A DNA stretch of 64,000 bases from Trichosphaerium sp. ATCC 40318 (GCA_038496445.1 JALMLS010000531.1:1-64000), one strand, 5' to 3'. Numbered from the stretch's first letter, positions 1 through 12,620 are shown. A program made the numbers and translations. The notes: generated by a model not told the origin, from the sequence alone.

Positions 1-1393
1 CAAACACTTCCAAGCCTTTTTTGGAACTTTATTTTTCTCGTTCCACGTGGTTCGTTTTGTTGATGTTTTTTCTGTTAGGAATGTCATTTGGTGGTGTAGA
101 ACTATCTAGAGACGTACAAACAAGTTCGTTTAGATCATTATTTAAGGATATCTGTTCAGAAGAATATAATCTTCTTCGATATTTATCAAAATCTGGTGTT
201 TTTTACCCTTCCTCTAAAGCTACAGTACGTGACCTATAACCAAAAACAAACTATGAGGAGCTAGTTTTTTATTAACAATTGGTAAATAGGTACAAGATAT
301 GGAGTTACTGGGTGTATTGATTGGATTGGTTTTGGCTTATGAGGTCACCTTGGATGTTGTTGTTTTTTCTATTGGTTTTCTAAAAGAAGTTTTGGGAGAA
401 AGTATAATTTTAGATGATCTATTACAGTATGATTCTAATACATATACAACATTAAAATCACACGAAAATGATCAAGACATTGCAGAGAAGAACTTGTCTT
501 TTACGATAAAAACAGGTAAGTCAAACAAACTTTTTCTGAAAAATCAATTGACGCAACTAAGTCTGTTATTTTTTTTCTGATTATATCAAGAGTATTTCCT
601 TTTTTCTAAATTACATTGAATCTTTACGGTTATTTTGAATGCCAATAGCACACGTGTGATTGAGTTTTATATTTTTTTTTAACTTAATTTCTTTCAACAG
701 AAGACGGATCTATTCAGGAACTTTGCAATGAAGGTCATACAAAAACTGTCACTAAAGATAACCTATCAAAATACACATCTTTATGCGCTAAAAGTATAAT
801 GACAACAGGCTTACAAGACCATATAGGTACAACCTATTTCTATTGTCTTATTTTTTTGCTCTTGATTTTTCTAACTTAATCTACAGTGAGTTTTAAGAAA
901 GGATTAAGAAGCGTTGATTGTAAGGACGTTCTTTCTATGTTTAGCGCTTTAGAATTATCACTACTTATTAATGGGAATGGTAATATAAGTGCAGATCAAT
1001 TACGTAGTATAGTAGAGTACGTTGGTTACAATGAATCGTCAGAGCAAATAAGATGGTTTTGGCATGTTGTTACAAAAATGTCTGAAAGTGAAAGAGCAAT
1101 GCTTGTTCAAAGGATAACTGGAAATACATTTAATAAGTCAAATACTGTAATTATTCAAAAGATAAGCCAAGAGGAAGAGCAAAGATTACAGAGAGTAGTA
1201 GACGTTGGGTAAGATTTTTTTTTCTTGTTCGTTCTGATTTCTTTCTTATTTTTTGTTTCATCTTCTTATGTCTATTTAAAGGTCCAATAAGTTTTATATC
1301 CCTGAGCACATAAATTACGAAGTATTGGAGAAGTATGTACTGTGTTTCGCTCGGTTTGGTCATTGTGGTAACACAATAACAACAAAAACATGA
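1..1393 (+). CDS. 3' part (HECT-like domain) of the ankyrin/HECT-like gene; duplicate of 43273-44665; multi-exon
   Basis: HECT C-lobe motifs 'FSALELSLLINGNGNISADQLR' and 'YVGYNESSEQIRWFWHVV'. Intron 1209-1281 gives the last exon 'GSNKFYIPEHINYEVLEKYVLCFARFG...' ending TGA 1391-1393. Confidence 0.85.
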
Positions 1394-1948
1394 ACTGGTT
1401 ATTTTTTTGTACAATAAAAAGAAAGAAAAAATGTAAATACTCTTTAACAAAAATAAATTGGTATTAAACTCCAGACGCTTTTATCAGATTAAATTGCATC
1501 ATCTGCAAAGAAGATATTATACTCGTTTGGGTAGTCATAAAAACCAAGAAACAATAAAGTGAAGGTTTAAATTGCGTCAGTTGAACGAGTGGAATTGAAC
1601 TAGCTTCCAGATGTTGTGAAGTACATACTGAATGAGTTCGGATTGACCTTTTCAACATGCGCTCCTTTGTGTGTTTGGCATAAATGCCTCCTTGTTGTGC
1701 CATTGAGGAGTTGCATGTTGGAGGTAATAACAAATACCGCGTAGTAAGTGTAATTTAGTGATGTAGATCAGACCTTTTGGTAAGATATATTGCAGTGACA
1801 TATGGAAGCTGCCCAGGATCTAGTATGACAGCACGTGTTTTTTTAGAAACTTGAAATCACCTGACATAACTTAGTTCTACGCTCCAACATCCAATTTAAG
1901 TCACAATGCGGCGTAATTAAGCTCTATTCTGGCACATTTGCCACGAGA

Positions 1949-3148
1949 ATGAGCAAGAAAGCCCCTAAAGACACAAGAGCCCCTAGGGCGATTGACAACG
2001 ACGTCCTACGCGAAATTCTATATTGTCTTGCTGCTGATGCATCAACGATTATAAATATTGGTAGAGTTAACTGGCAATTGTACGTTTTTCTTTTTTAAAC
2101 GAATGTTATTGTGTTTATGTGTAAAAGACTCTCACTATACGTATTAACGACTGCTTACGCTATTTTAAGCAACGCAATAGCCAAAGAGAACCTGGTTTGG
2201 AAGCTTGTAGCCAAAAAACAGCTGCCACATCTGTATGGCGTTATAACGTCTCTAAAAGAGAATCAACGTAATCAAATGGAGTATAGAATTATTTTTAAAT
2301 GGAAAGAACTGCTTAAACAACTTTTTGATCACAGTGCAATGGCGTTGAAGAAAAAAATTGACAATGTCAATCTGAGAGGCCATACTGGAATACAACAAAG
2401 TGTTACAAGCGCGGATACTTTATCGTTGCTCAGCGGATGCGCTGAAGGCCTAGATTGGTTGGGAAGGGCTCGTCGAAATGTTGAAAACAATCCAAGGCTT
2501 AGCCAAGTTCCAGAAGTTCTTTTTTTGCTTAATACAGTTACCATGTTGGAGCACACTGAAAATGCATATCCATACGAGCAAAATACCTTACATTCATACT
2601 TCTTGGTATTCTTGGGATTAAACATGAAACCACAAGGCACGTGTTTCGAAGAGACTTTTTTTTTACGACTATCAAAACAAAACATAGCCCTTGGGTATAA
2701 CTGCACTCCCTCATGTTATATGTTCACACGGAGAGGTTTTAGTAGCCATTTGCAATAGTTAGGCCTAAAACCAAAACACACACGTTTATTTTCTACTTAC
2801 AATAGTCCAATAGAATATTGTTTCGATTTCGAGTATGGAGAGAATGACGTTGTTGGAACTCGTTTTAGAGGAACGTTATACACTGGATACCCATTTACTG
2901 GCGTTTTTTCGTCAAATAGAAAGAAGAATAATAGGGGTAGTTATGATTTAACATCAAACGCGTCTATACAAAATTTTATGGTTGACATGGGTATACCTTT
3001 ACCAATGGAAGGTATTATTAAAGAGTTTTTGTCAGAGTTGTTGATGAACAATAAATTTACTGAGGGCTGGGTGCGAGATTTTAAACGCACAGATCCTTCA
3101 AGAACTACTGTACAATGGTATGAAAATCATCTTGTGGATACTAACTAA
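1949..3148 (+). CDS. F-box-like protein with unknown C-terminal region (2-3 exons; frame uncertain at T-run 2656-2664)
   Basis: ATG 1949. Spliced N-terminus 'IDNDVLREILYCLAADASTIINIGRVNWQFNAIAKENLVWK' fits the F-box pattern. An open frame 2759-3148 follows a likely acceptor. Confidence 0.6.
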
Positions 3149-3489
3149 AATAAACAAATGATGCCTCTGGCTCTTGGGTCTGAATAAACATTTGTCAAGT
3201 AGCAACATAAAAACTAAAAATAGCAAATACAAAGTTCGAAAAAGTCAAAATAAACACTAAGCGTTCCTTTGCCTTATTCCTGTGCTTGCTGTGTGTGCTT
3301 TGGTAACTTCACTTCAAACTTTCTCGGGACTACAAGTACAAACAAACAAAGTCAAATATACTTTACTGTCAAATCGTCAAATTTCAAGTTTGAAAGTGTA
3401 TTTTCCGTCCTTACTCAATTAAGACATTATCTATCATTAATTTGTGAAAGTTGTACGATGCACCTTAGATAAAAAGAATACGTTTTTTG

Positions 3490-6400
3490 GTGTGACATTT
3501 AGTTTACGCCCGAACCAAAGCATGCAACGTACGCCAACAAAAAAAACGATTGAGTATAGATTGTTTTTTATCGATTTATTCGTTTCCTTGCGCAAACGCA
3601 AGTCCCCTGAAGTGCTCTAATGGCCCAAAAGGTTTTTCGCCAGAAGATGTGGCCAAGATGAGCAACGAAGCTGTTCTCCTTTACACACGTGTATACACCA
3701 CGTACAGCGTAACAGATGACGTGGAAGAGCTACGGAAAAACCTTGTTCAAGCCAAAGACTCAAATGTGATCATTCTTGACTTATTTTACGACAAATACCT
3801 TGAAGTTCTGGAAACTTTTGTTAAAAATGAGGCAGCTTTTAGTCAAATACCCGAGGAACGACCAAAACAATATTGTGTTCCTATCTTGGGGCTTTACTTT
3901 GGATGTGGTACAACATCTTTACACATATTAAATTATTAATTACGTGAATCTCATGTTACTGTAGGTAAGTCAACGTTTCTATGGCATTTTCAAGGAGCAA
4001 TTGCAAGCGGTCTTAAAGCTCACTTGGCAGTATGGTCGATGCAAACGTGTAATTTTACTGACTAAAATTAGAACAAAAAAAAAACCGAAGAACTACCTCT
4101 AGCGGACGAGATAGTAGCACTAGCTAATGAGATATTCGAAGGGGATTTTGTGTACATTGATGTGAGAGCTATGAAACCATACCGTCAAGCTGAATTCAAC
4201 AAAAAACTAGCCAACAAAATCATGGTGGAGAAGTTCTTCAATAAAATAAATAATGCACGTGGAACACGTACGCTCGACACTTCATAGCTCTGCAATAACA
4301 TTATTATGTTTTTCTTCCAGATTTGAAACAATCAGAAAGTATGACCTTCAAAGAGGCGTTGTTGGAATATCACAACAAAGTGGGTCACATGTATCCGCTA
4401 GTTTTTGGTTTAGATGAGATAAGTCCGACAAATAGATTTGTGGTGGATAGTGTATGGCTTACAAGTATATTCTTTTTACTCACTTTGAAGTTAGTTAAAA
4501 CCATTTGGTGACTTTATTGATTGGATGTGGGCAACTTTGTACAACGTTGCTGCAGAGCTTCATACCAAACGTAGAGTACATTTCGTGATGGCAGGACATA
4601 ACCCTATTTTCATGGATATTGGTACTAGTTCCTTTAAAGTTGTTTTTACTGCGACTTATTTGTTCCTACAGGTGGTGTAGAAGGTGATCACATTAAAGAA
4701 CCTGGTTGGAGGCTTTCTTCAGTGACAAACAGTAAACCCATTCTGTTAAATGTAAGCCATTTTCTTTTATTTAGCTGATTGCTTTTCTTGTTAACTGATT
4801 CCATAGAATTTCACACCCAAGTTTATGGAGAGAATCATTGATAAGGCAATTTCAAAATACAAACAACCAATTGAGTTTAAAGGAGATGCAAAGAAAATCT
4901 ATGCAAAGAAAATGGTTGACGTTTATGCAGGTCATCCTAGATATATACAGAACGCATTTCAGTAAGCTTTATAATGCTGTTTCTGTTCCTAATACCAAAA
5001 AGAGCATTACTTGATGAAGCCGAGAATTACAATTTTACAGAACAAAAGAAGCTGATTGTTACATTCAAGGATCTGAAACGGTATGTGGATTACCAATGTT
5101 AGTTGTTATACCTTTAGCTCATACTTGTTAAGTATATTGGACAGAGCATATTTGAAATCTACACAAACAGAGAGTAGAAAACAAGAAATACGGAATATAT
5201 TGGATCCAGACATGTTTGATGCAAAAGGATTCGATTCTGTGCTCTTAGCATTCACTAAAATTGCTATTGCTGCTCAGTATGGACTACCTATTGCAGCAGC
5301 AGCTTCTGTGGAAGAGGCTATGGATACAAAGTTTGCAATACATCCAGGGGAAGGTGACGGCAGCAGACACATCTATACTCTCAGAAAAATACTCTCAATA
5401 GTGCCAATGATGCTTATCCCAAAGACAGCAAAAACACAAAAAGGAGCAGGCGCCACATTCTATTATCCAAAGCTTCCCAAGCCTGTTATCGATTATGTTC
5501 ATAAACGCACCAACAATGTGAAACTTAAGCGTATGATGAAACAATGAAACGCTGATGAAAAAGGTAGGAGATTGTTTTATCGCCTTCCCTCAACCACTTC
5601 ACTCAAGGAGCAATTTTGGAGAAGTTATCCATAATAGGATTTGAAAAAAAAGTAGGACAAAGCCTTTCAGACATTATTCACTCTTTAAAGGGGACTAAAC
5701 TTGAGGTACGTTCTACCAATCTCTCATGTTTTATCAATTAACAATAAGTAGAACGTTATACTTCCCAAGGAGTTCACAGCATTTCCTAAAGTAACAAAGA
5801 ACGGAACACGCATCAACTGGCCTGATGTAACAGGGGAAACAGTACATGAGCTTCTAACAATTGTAAAAACTGATTTTGCAAACGCGTGGGACTTATATGA
5901 ATCTCCTTGCATGATAAATCCTCGCGATAAATCAGGTACACCAAAATCTCAACGTTTCATTTCATGCTCTAATGAATACAAATAGGTTCAATGGACTTTT
6001 ATTTCAAAGGATGTGTAATTAGCAACAAAGGCGAAAGTGATATGGAGTGTGAGGGCGAAGATATTGCTTGTAATATTGGCTGGAAAATGAAGGTATAGTT
6101 GTGAGTTTGGATTTATTAGTTGTATAATTCTTGTTTCAGGCAGAAAGACATGAAATGAAGTTTAGTACACTTGCTGCTGATATACCAAAATATCACGTGA
6201 AGAAATCCGATGCAACCATTGGTGTGATTATGTTTATATGCTTATTGAGGGGCCAAGAGATGATAAATTTTATTGGTGAGGAAACTATCATGCTTGGACG
6301 TGTAAAATGATTCTCTTAAATGCGCTAAAATCAATATTGTAGCTGGTGAGTACAGAAAGACTGGAAAGGTTCTTTTTAACTATACAACAAATACTATTAT

Positions 6401-8923
6401 CATTGGTGGTAAAAAGGTGCTCTCAATATACTTGTTACAGGTTTAACTCTGACTTCTAGATACACCTTGATGAAACTAAAGACGAAGAAGGGCCTAACAC
6501 TTTGAAAGTTGGTGAAAACATATCAAAAACATTTAAAGCTCTAAAGACATTAAGAGTCAGTGATGAACACGCTGAGGAAGTGTTTAGTGCTTGTAACAAA
6601 AAACGCCAGCTGGTGCTTCATAAAAGCCCTCCTAAAGATGCAGCCACAAAAGACTCTTTTATTGTAGACGTAGGGATAGATGTGTGTATCCTGAGTCTCA
6701 AAGCTATCAAAGCTTTATGTAATATGAATGATCGTCAAGTGGCAACCTATGGAAACAACGTTAACAAAGGTCTGTTCGGTCTTAATGAAGGCAAACTTAT
6801 AATGAATGGTACATAATTCTGCTTTTTTTCTTACCCTTTTGGTTTTCTTTCATTTTCTGCTTACGTTTGTACAATCAAGGTAACATTATGAAAGTACTTA
6901 ATATTAAACCAAAGACAAAGACAATCACGATTTACAACCGCTACAATAAAGAACAAAAGAAGAAAGTCATAGTACAAAAAAATGATATTCTACCAAATTT
7001 AAGTACGACACATACTACCTAATTATGTTTTTCTAACACCATCTAGTTAAAGAAAACTTTGGCGTAAAAACAATTCTGTTGGATGAAAACTCAAATCTTG
7101 TAGTGAGTTACAATGAACTTGAAGATGGAGGATTATACTGCTACAATGAACACTTGCAACCTGCAGATCCAAAGACAATCCATTTAAAGTACAATGGCCA
7201 AGTAAAAGATATTGTTCTAAATCAAATGTCCACTGGACAGCATCGGAGGTACCTTATTAATGAAACCTCTAAATGATGATCTAATCTAACAGATTCGTTT
7301 AGTTCCAAAACTATTTGAACTGGCTCTTGACATCAATCTTGTATTTAAAGATGCGAAGGGTGAAAGAGTTAGGCTCTTCAAAGATGTAGAAAACGATGGC
7401 ACATACACCATTGATGGTGTTAAAACTATAAAGCTGTTACATAGAGGCGCTACAACATCAATGGCTGTTGGACCAAATACAGAATTTTACACTGAAGGTA
7501 AAACTCTTAAAGCCATTTCTGACTAATAGGAGTTAAATACCAAACACAACTCATCGTTTAAATAGTTGCGGCACTGTTTGGAGTAGACCCAGATATAATA
7601 AAACTAAAATCCAGTGAAGGGAAAACAGTGTTTCACTATTCACAACTCATGGGTAATGCTACTTACAATATTGACGATGGCACAAGGACCGTCAATGTTG
7701 TGTTTAACGGAGAAACGAAATCCATAGATATTAGACATGGTACAAAAATGCCAAGATTGCTCAATCAAGGTACTGTCACTCTGTAATAGCAATTATCCCT
7801 TTTAACAGATTTGATAGTTGCAACGGTTTTTGGATTAGATTCAAGTAAAATTAGATTACTCGAAAATGGGAATGCAGTGTTCCATTATGCGCAATTACTG
7901 GATAATAACTCTTGTTCTGTTGTACTAACAAGAAACATAATCACGTTTATTTACAAAGATGTGCCAAAACAACTTGAAGTCGGTCCACAAACTGACTCAT
8001 ATTTTGAAGGTGCTGCACAACATATACTGTCTTTCTAACCTGTCGATTAGTAGCCCAATTGTTTGGGTTGAGCTATGATAGCATCAAAATTAGCGATATG
8101 TATGGAAACAAGCTTGCCAATACAGATGTTATGAATGCTAAGAGGTGTTTGGTAGAAGATGCCAATAGGAAAATTACACTCACATATAACGGTGCAATCA
8201 ATGACGCCAACACAAAAATTGATACAAGACACATAAATGTGACCTCAAATACAAACTTGTTGGATGAAGGTAAGCACGTTTATCAACAGTACAAGTCGCC
8301 ATCTAACCTCTGTTACAGTCCAAGCCTTGTTCAGTCTACGCAATACCCCAGTGATTAAAGATTTCACTGGCAGAGAGGTGTATACCTACGTGCAAGTAAA
8401 AGATGGCGGAGCATACAATGTAAAAAATACACCTATCAAAAAAAGAAAAGCAATCAGTTATCCTGAAGGAAGTAAGATTGTAGAAACAAAAGCAAGGACA
8501 CCACAAAGAACTCCGAATAGCAATCAAGAAGATTATTCAATGGCAGATGTCTCGACAGCCTCACCTCGTGGCCCATTTTCCTCACCTGTTCCAAGCCATC
8601 AAGCTACAAAGCGTAGATCTCCAAGACGAGAATACAAGCGGTCACCAAGCCGTGATCACAAGGATAGATACAGGCGATTGCCTAGACAGAAATGTAACAA
8701 CTACCGTACTCGCAATCGACGGTATGAAGACCAACACTACCACAGGCGTGACTACAATGACTACCGTGACAGGTACTCTCCAAGAGATCGTCAATATGAT
8801 CGTGATAGTTCAAGAAGACATGCAGATACACGCATAGAATACCGTAGAGGCGATACCACACGAAGGCAAAGAAAGAACAAAGATAGACGCAACCGAAGCA
8901 GGAGATACCGTGATATAAACTAG
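3490..8923 (+). pseudogene. Family A copy 1: Crinkler-like NTPase + restriction-fold nuclease + 6 Ubl-like repeats + basic RS/RD tail; disrupted
   Basis: Spliced PILGLYFGCG|KSTFL, PLVFGLDEIS, HFVMAGHNP, YAGHPRYI, NPRDKSG|SMDFY...IGWKMK. Compared with its inverted twin it has TCA>TGA at 5545-5547 and a 2-nt deletion at ~7233. The 5' end is approximate. Confidence 0.75.
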
Positions 8924-9089
8924 TTAATACACAAGAGTATTTTGCTTTGATTCATAATAAAGATATTTTTGAGGGAACATCAGTACGAGAAGAAGACGTT
9001 CAAAAGATGCAAAGCTGTGTTGTCTTGTACCGCTTATACCGCCCACCTGTCATGCTGTACAAAATGTTTCCATGACCTAGTGATGTTCT

Positions 9090-9390
9090 CGTGCTTGTTC
9101 AAGAAACAAAATTCGTGGAGCTCCAATTTTATTTCATTTATGGTATAAATTGTTGTTAAAGCCTTTAATACATTAAAGCCTTCCTTTTCTTATTGAGAAA
9201 TATTGTTGGGTACTGTCAACAACAAAGTCGAAACCTCTAATTGAGCTGATTCTGCTTAATAAACAAAGATGAAAAGTTATCCATTGTTAAGCCTCTAGCG
9301 TTCCAAATACCCTCCAACGGAGATCTCAACCGATGTGACATTCTCCCAGAAACATAGAAAACAGGCTATTGCGTAAGATGATGATACCAA
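9090..9390 (+). pseudogene. Degraded 3' fragment of the Ran-like gene
   Basis: 'agatgaaaagttatccattgttaagcctctagcgttccaaatacc' (~9268-9312) matches the reverse complement of the last exon of the gene at 13505-14386. A decayed copy of the preceding intron is retained and there are frameshifts. Confidence 0.75.
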
Positions 9391-9410
9391 AGCTAGATTA
9401 AGCTTCTATG

Positions 9411-9923
9411 TCAAACTTGGTTGGTATACGCCAGTTGACCATCTTTGTAAACACGATCAAAAATACAATCACCTGAAGATGTGTACTCTATTTTTTGTCC
9501 ATGTAGCTTGCCATTTACATAGTTACTAGTCTCAGATAATATACCATTACCATGCCACTCTACATAGAGTCCATCTAGTGCACCTTGTTTATAAGAACAA
9601 TTGATATACTTTTTTCCGTTAAAGTGCCAAGACATGTACTTTCCTTCCTTTACATCTTCATTAGCAAACCAGTTCATCCTCATAATACCTCCTCTATAGT
9701 ATTCTTTATACTCTCCGTCTATTTTTCCGTTCTTGAAACGGCATTGAATGTAGATTTTATCACGATCTTTAAAATATTTAATGAACTGTCCATTTTTATT
9801 CATTTCTAGGTTGTATCTTGTTGTTGTAGCTGTTTGAACGCATAATAGTGGGTATTTTAAATAAACTTCCTTAGATGTGCGCATAATCATATGCTGAAGC
9901 TCTAGTGGCAAATCAGTGATCAT
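9411..9923 (-). CDS. Intronless MORN-variant repeat protein with F-box-like N-terminus (170 aa)
   Basis: N-terminus 'MITDLPLELQHMIM'. Repeats of type 'YKxGxLDGxYxEWHxNG' (FKNGKIDGEYKEYYRGG, YKQGALDGLYVEWHGNG, YVNGKLHGQKIEYTSSG). Confidence 0.85.
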   Translation of the reverse strand: MITDLPLELQHMIMRTSKEVYLKYPLLCVQTATTTRYNLEMNKNGQFIKYFKDRDKIYIQCRFKNGKIDGEYKEYYRGGIMRMNWFANEDVKEGKYMSWHFNGKKYINCSYKQGALDGLYVEWHGNGILSETSNYVNGKLHGQKIEYTSSGDCIFDRVYKDGQLAYTNQV

Positions 9924-10382
9924 TTTCAGCTAGTTTAATGCGAAAAGCTGCACATGGATGCCTTGCTAGCCTTAAGGCTTAAGTGCGTAACTTAATTGAA
10001 CCCAAACTACAATACAACGGTAGTTTACAAGTAGAATCTTATTTTTTTCTTAAACGTCACATATTGGCATACTAACTCTACAACAATTAGTAGTTTTTCA
10101 ACCATCGATTAGTAGTGAGATTATCGTAAGCTGTAACGGTTTTTGAGAAAAGTTGCAATTCCGCTTGATAGTCTATGTGGCATTTTGGCTCTCGTAGTAA
10201 ATTAATTACATTATGTTAAATGGTTCGGTGTTTAAAATGACCACATGTTGTATGAAATAATATCAGTGCTTGGGGCAACAGTCCTCAGCTTGGGGAAAAC
10301 AACATCCAACATAGTTAGATTTCAAAAAGCTAATAAAAACAAGATTACAGATGCGCTAATCTAACTATTTTTATTGCTATTG

Positions 10383-10468
10383 CTATTCAGTAACACGAAC
10401 AAATGCCCACTGTTGATCACCAATACTATTCAGTAACACGAACAAATACCCACTGTTGATCACCAATA
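10383..10468. repeat. 43-bp tandem duplication spanning the stop codon of the metzincin-lectin gene
   Basis: ctattcagtaacacgaacaaat[g/a]cccactgttgatcaccaata twice (10383-10425, 10426-10468), 1 mismatch. Confidence 0.95.
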
Positions 10469-12620
10469 TTAGTTATTGGTTGCATTTTAACCTAGCAACA
10501 ATAAGAGGTAAAAAACCTATTTTTAAAAAAATCACGTGAACTTACGCTCTGACGCCTTGCACCACCAACACCTCCATCAATTGCTCTCGGAGGGCTAAGA
10601 TGTAAAAGTTTAAGTACAATATTGCCATTTGATAGAACAGTTTTTTGAAATCGTTGGTTCGGATGGTTAGTGTTACACGCCCACAAGTGTAAGTTGCCGT
10701 TATAACCGCCATCAAGACAAAACTGTGTATTTCTCTTTTGATAAGAAAAAAGACCATTGCCCTGAGGTAATTCAATCCAATGTTGATTGTAGTTCGTTAC
10801 TCTGTAGCTCCACAAATACACCTGAAAAGACAAGTCAGCCACTTAAGACATCAAACGAGTTTTCTAGCTTATAAAATCACGTGCGTCATGCCCATTTGCT
10901 CCACCATTGCCTCCATCCAAAGCAAAAATCATCTTATTGCTCTTTCTGATACTAAACATATTGTTGCTTGGTATCGAAGTAGGTCCGTTGTATGGCGGCA
11001 AGCAGCCGTTTGCAACAAAATTTTGAATTCTACTACAGCATTGTGCTTGAGAGATACGTGAGAACCTATCGATCTTATAGTCTCTACATCAAGGTCAATG
11101 GATGCAGTTGTATTGAGAGTAATCTTACGGATTATTTGAAAGACCTGCCATGATACCATCTACGTCATGATTACATCCTGAACTGTGACCAATCTCATGA
11201 CCAATACAACGTCTCAATCGGTGAGCATTTAGCCAAGAGCACTCAGCCATTGATGAAGTCTATAAAACGTTAAGTATATTATGTAATTAGTATGTTGTTC
11301 TGCGTACACATAAGTTGTTTGAAGTCGCAGATCCAATAATATGATTGTGTCGGCAATCGTGTAAAATAATACCTGCTGCAGTATTTGATGGGACGTTCAA
11401 GTCAGATCGCCAATTTTTGAATCTAAACAATATTCCTGGAGGGCACACGCCTGCCGCATAAGAATATGTATTCCATGATTCGGGTCCTGAAAGAGATAAG
11501 CTTTCTTATATAACAACAAACAAGAGTACTGTACCAGGTGCTGTTCTGACTTCAAGTGCTACAATAGTCACACGAAGATTCTAATTGTAGCGTAAGGGTA
11601 TAACAAAGAACAAGAGATTTAGTACAAAGTCAGATTCATAAAAGACGCCAACATCCAACATAGCTGTAAATAGAACTTTAGGAATAAAAAACAATACGAA
11701 CTAACAAAGTACCTGTTTGAATATATGCTATTGTTTCAGCAGCAGTTCCTGTTTTTACTTGGAATCCAACATTGGCGGCAATAGCAAGAGTAAGCTCTCG
11801 TTTAGATTGCGGACAAGGTAGTGGCGGTGGTGAAAAAGGAAGCGTATCGCCTTCTGGTATGCCTCTGGTAAAGTTCGAATTAAAAACGTTGTCAGCATTT
11901 GTGGTTTTGTACCTTTTATTGATTGAGTGTTGGATATCCATCTTGATTGGCGAGCCGACAGATTCTCTATTGGTAATTACTACAGAGATAGGACACAACT
12001 TTACCTCAATAGTAAGTATGATGCACCTCCAGCATTGGATAGGTGAGTTTTCGACATGAACCTTTTGTGCCTGAGAAAACACGTGTTAGCTAAATGAAGG
12101 CCAGAATTTTGTACCTTGATACAGCGTCGAAAGTAATGCGTGTATTATTTAACGTAAATCCTCCAGTGAAGGTACCATCATCACGTGTGATGAATCGTAA
12201 ATCAAGATGAAAATCGCCAACTGCTTTGTACGTATTTGACGGGATTGGAAGAAAAGTCTTGTTCCCTCCACCCTGTACAACAATCTAACAATATTATTAG
12301 GCGCAAAATGTAATGCTTGTAGGTGTACCTTGGCATTGTGAGAAAAGATGGAGTGTTGAACGCAAGTAAAAGTCCAGTTTTTACCATTTTCGAACTTGAA
12401 AATCATCTCTCCATCTTTTGACCCTCTCTTTAACCCTTCGAAAGGTTGAAATGATACTACCACGTGCGTGTCAATAATACGTTTAAAAGTAGGGAAATAA
12501 TACTGCTCAATCGATCGTACTTTCATCGATAACATCAAAATGTTTCGTGTTATCCCAGTATTCTTGGTCCCAACAACAAACAACAAGAGCCAGCGATACT
12601 AATCGAAGGTGAGTAAAATA
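10426..12620 (-). CDS. Metzincin (reprolysin/M12-like) metallopeptidase with prodomain and C-terminal ricin-B lectin domain; multi-exon; start uncertain
   Basis: Minus strand ~11150-11215 reads 'RCIGHEIGHSSGCNHDVDGIMAG' (HExxHxxGxxH plus Met-turn). Upstream 'ELTLAIAANVGF'. Downstream three QxW-type subrepeats (FALDGG..NQHW, FCLDGG..NQRF, AIDGG..DQQW). Hydrophobic 'LVSLALVVCC' near the N-terminus. Confidence 0.8.

Larger units (their letters stand above)
1..9992. repeat. Left arm of a large inverted segmental duplication (partner 34674-44665); probably continues beyond the window start
   Basis: Position 1 (caaacacttccaagcc) is the reverse complement of 44665 backwards. All ORFs are mirrored (886..1212 vs 43454..43780, 9411..9923 vs 34743..35255). 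The match ends at aagtgcgtaact (9981-9992) vs agttacgcactt (34674-34685). Confidence 0.97.

Noticed and set aside
1151-1733. Minus-strand ORFs of 99 and 89 aa, identical at 42933-43515
   Set aside because: Identity is explained by the inverted duplication; one is antisense to the HECT exons and neither has recognisable motifs.
5545-5547. Programmed stop read-through, selenocysteine or alternative genetic code
   Set aside because: The twin copy has TCA here, copy 1 has other lesions, and TGA terminates other genes normally.
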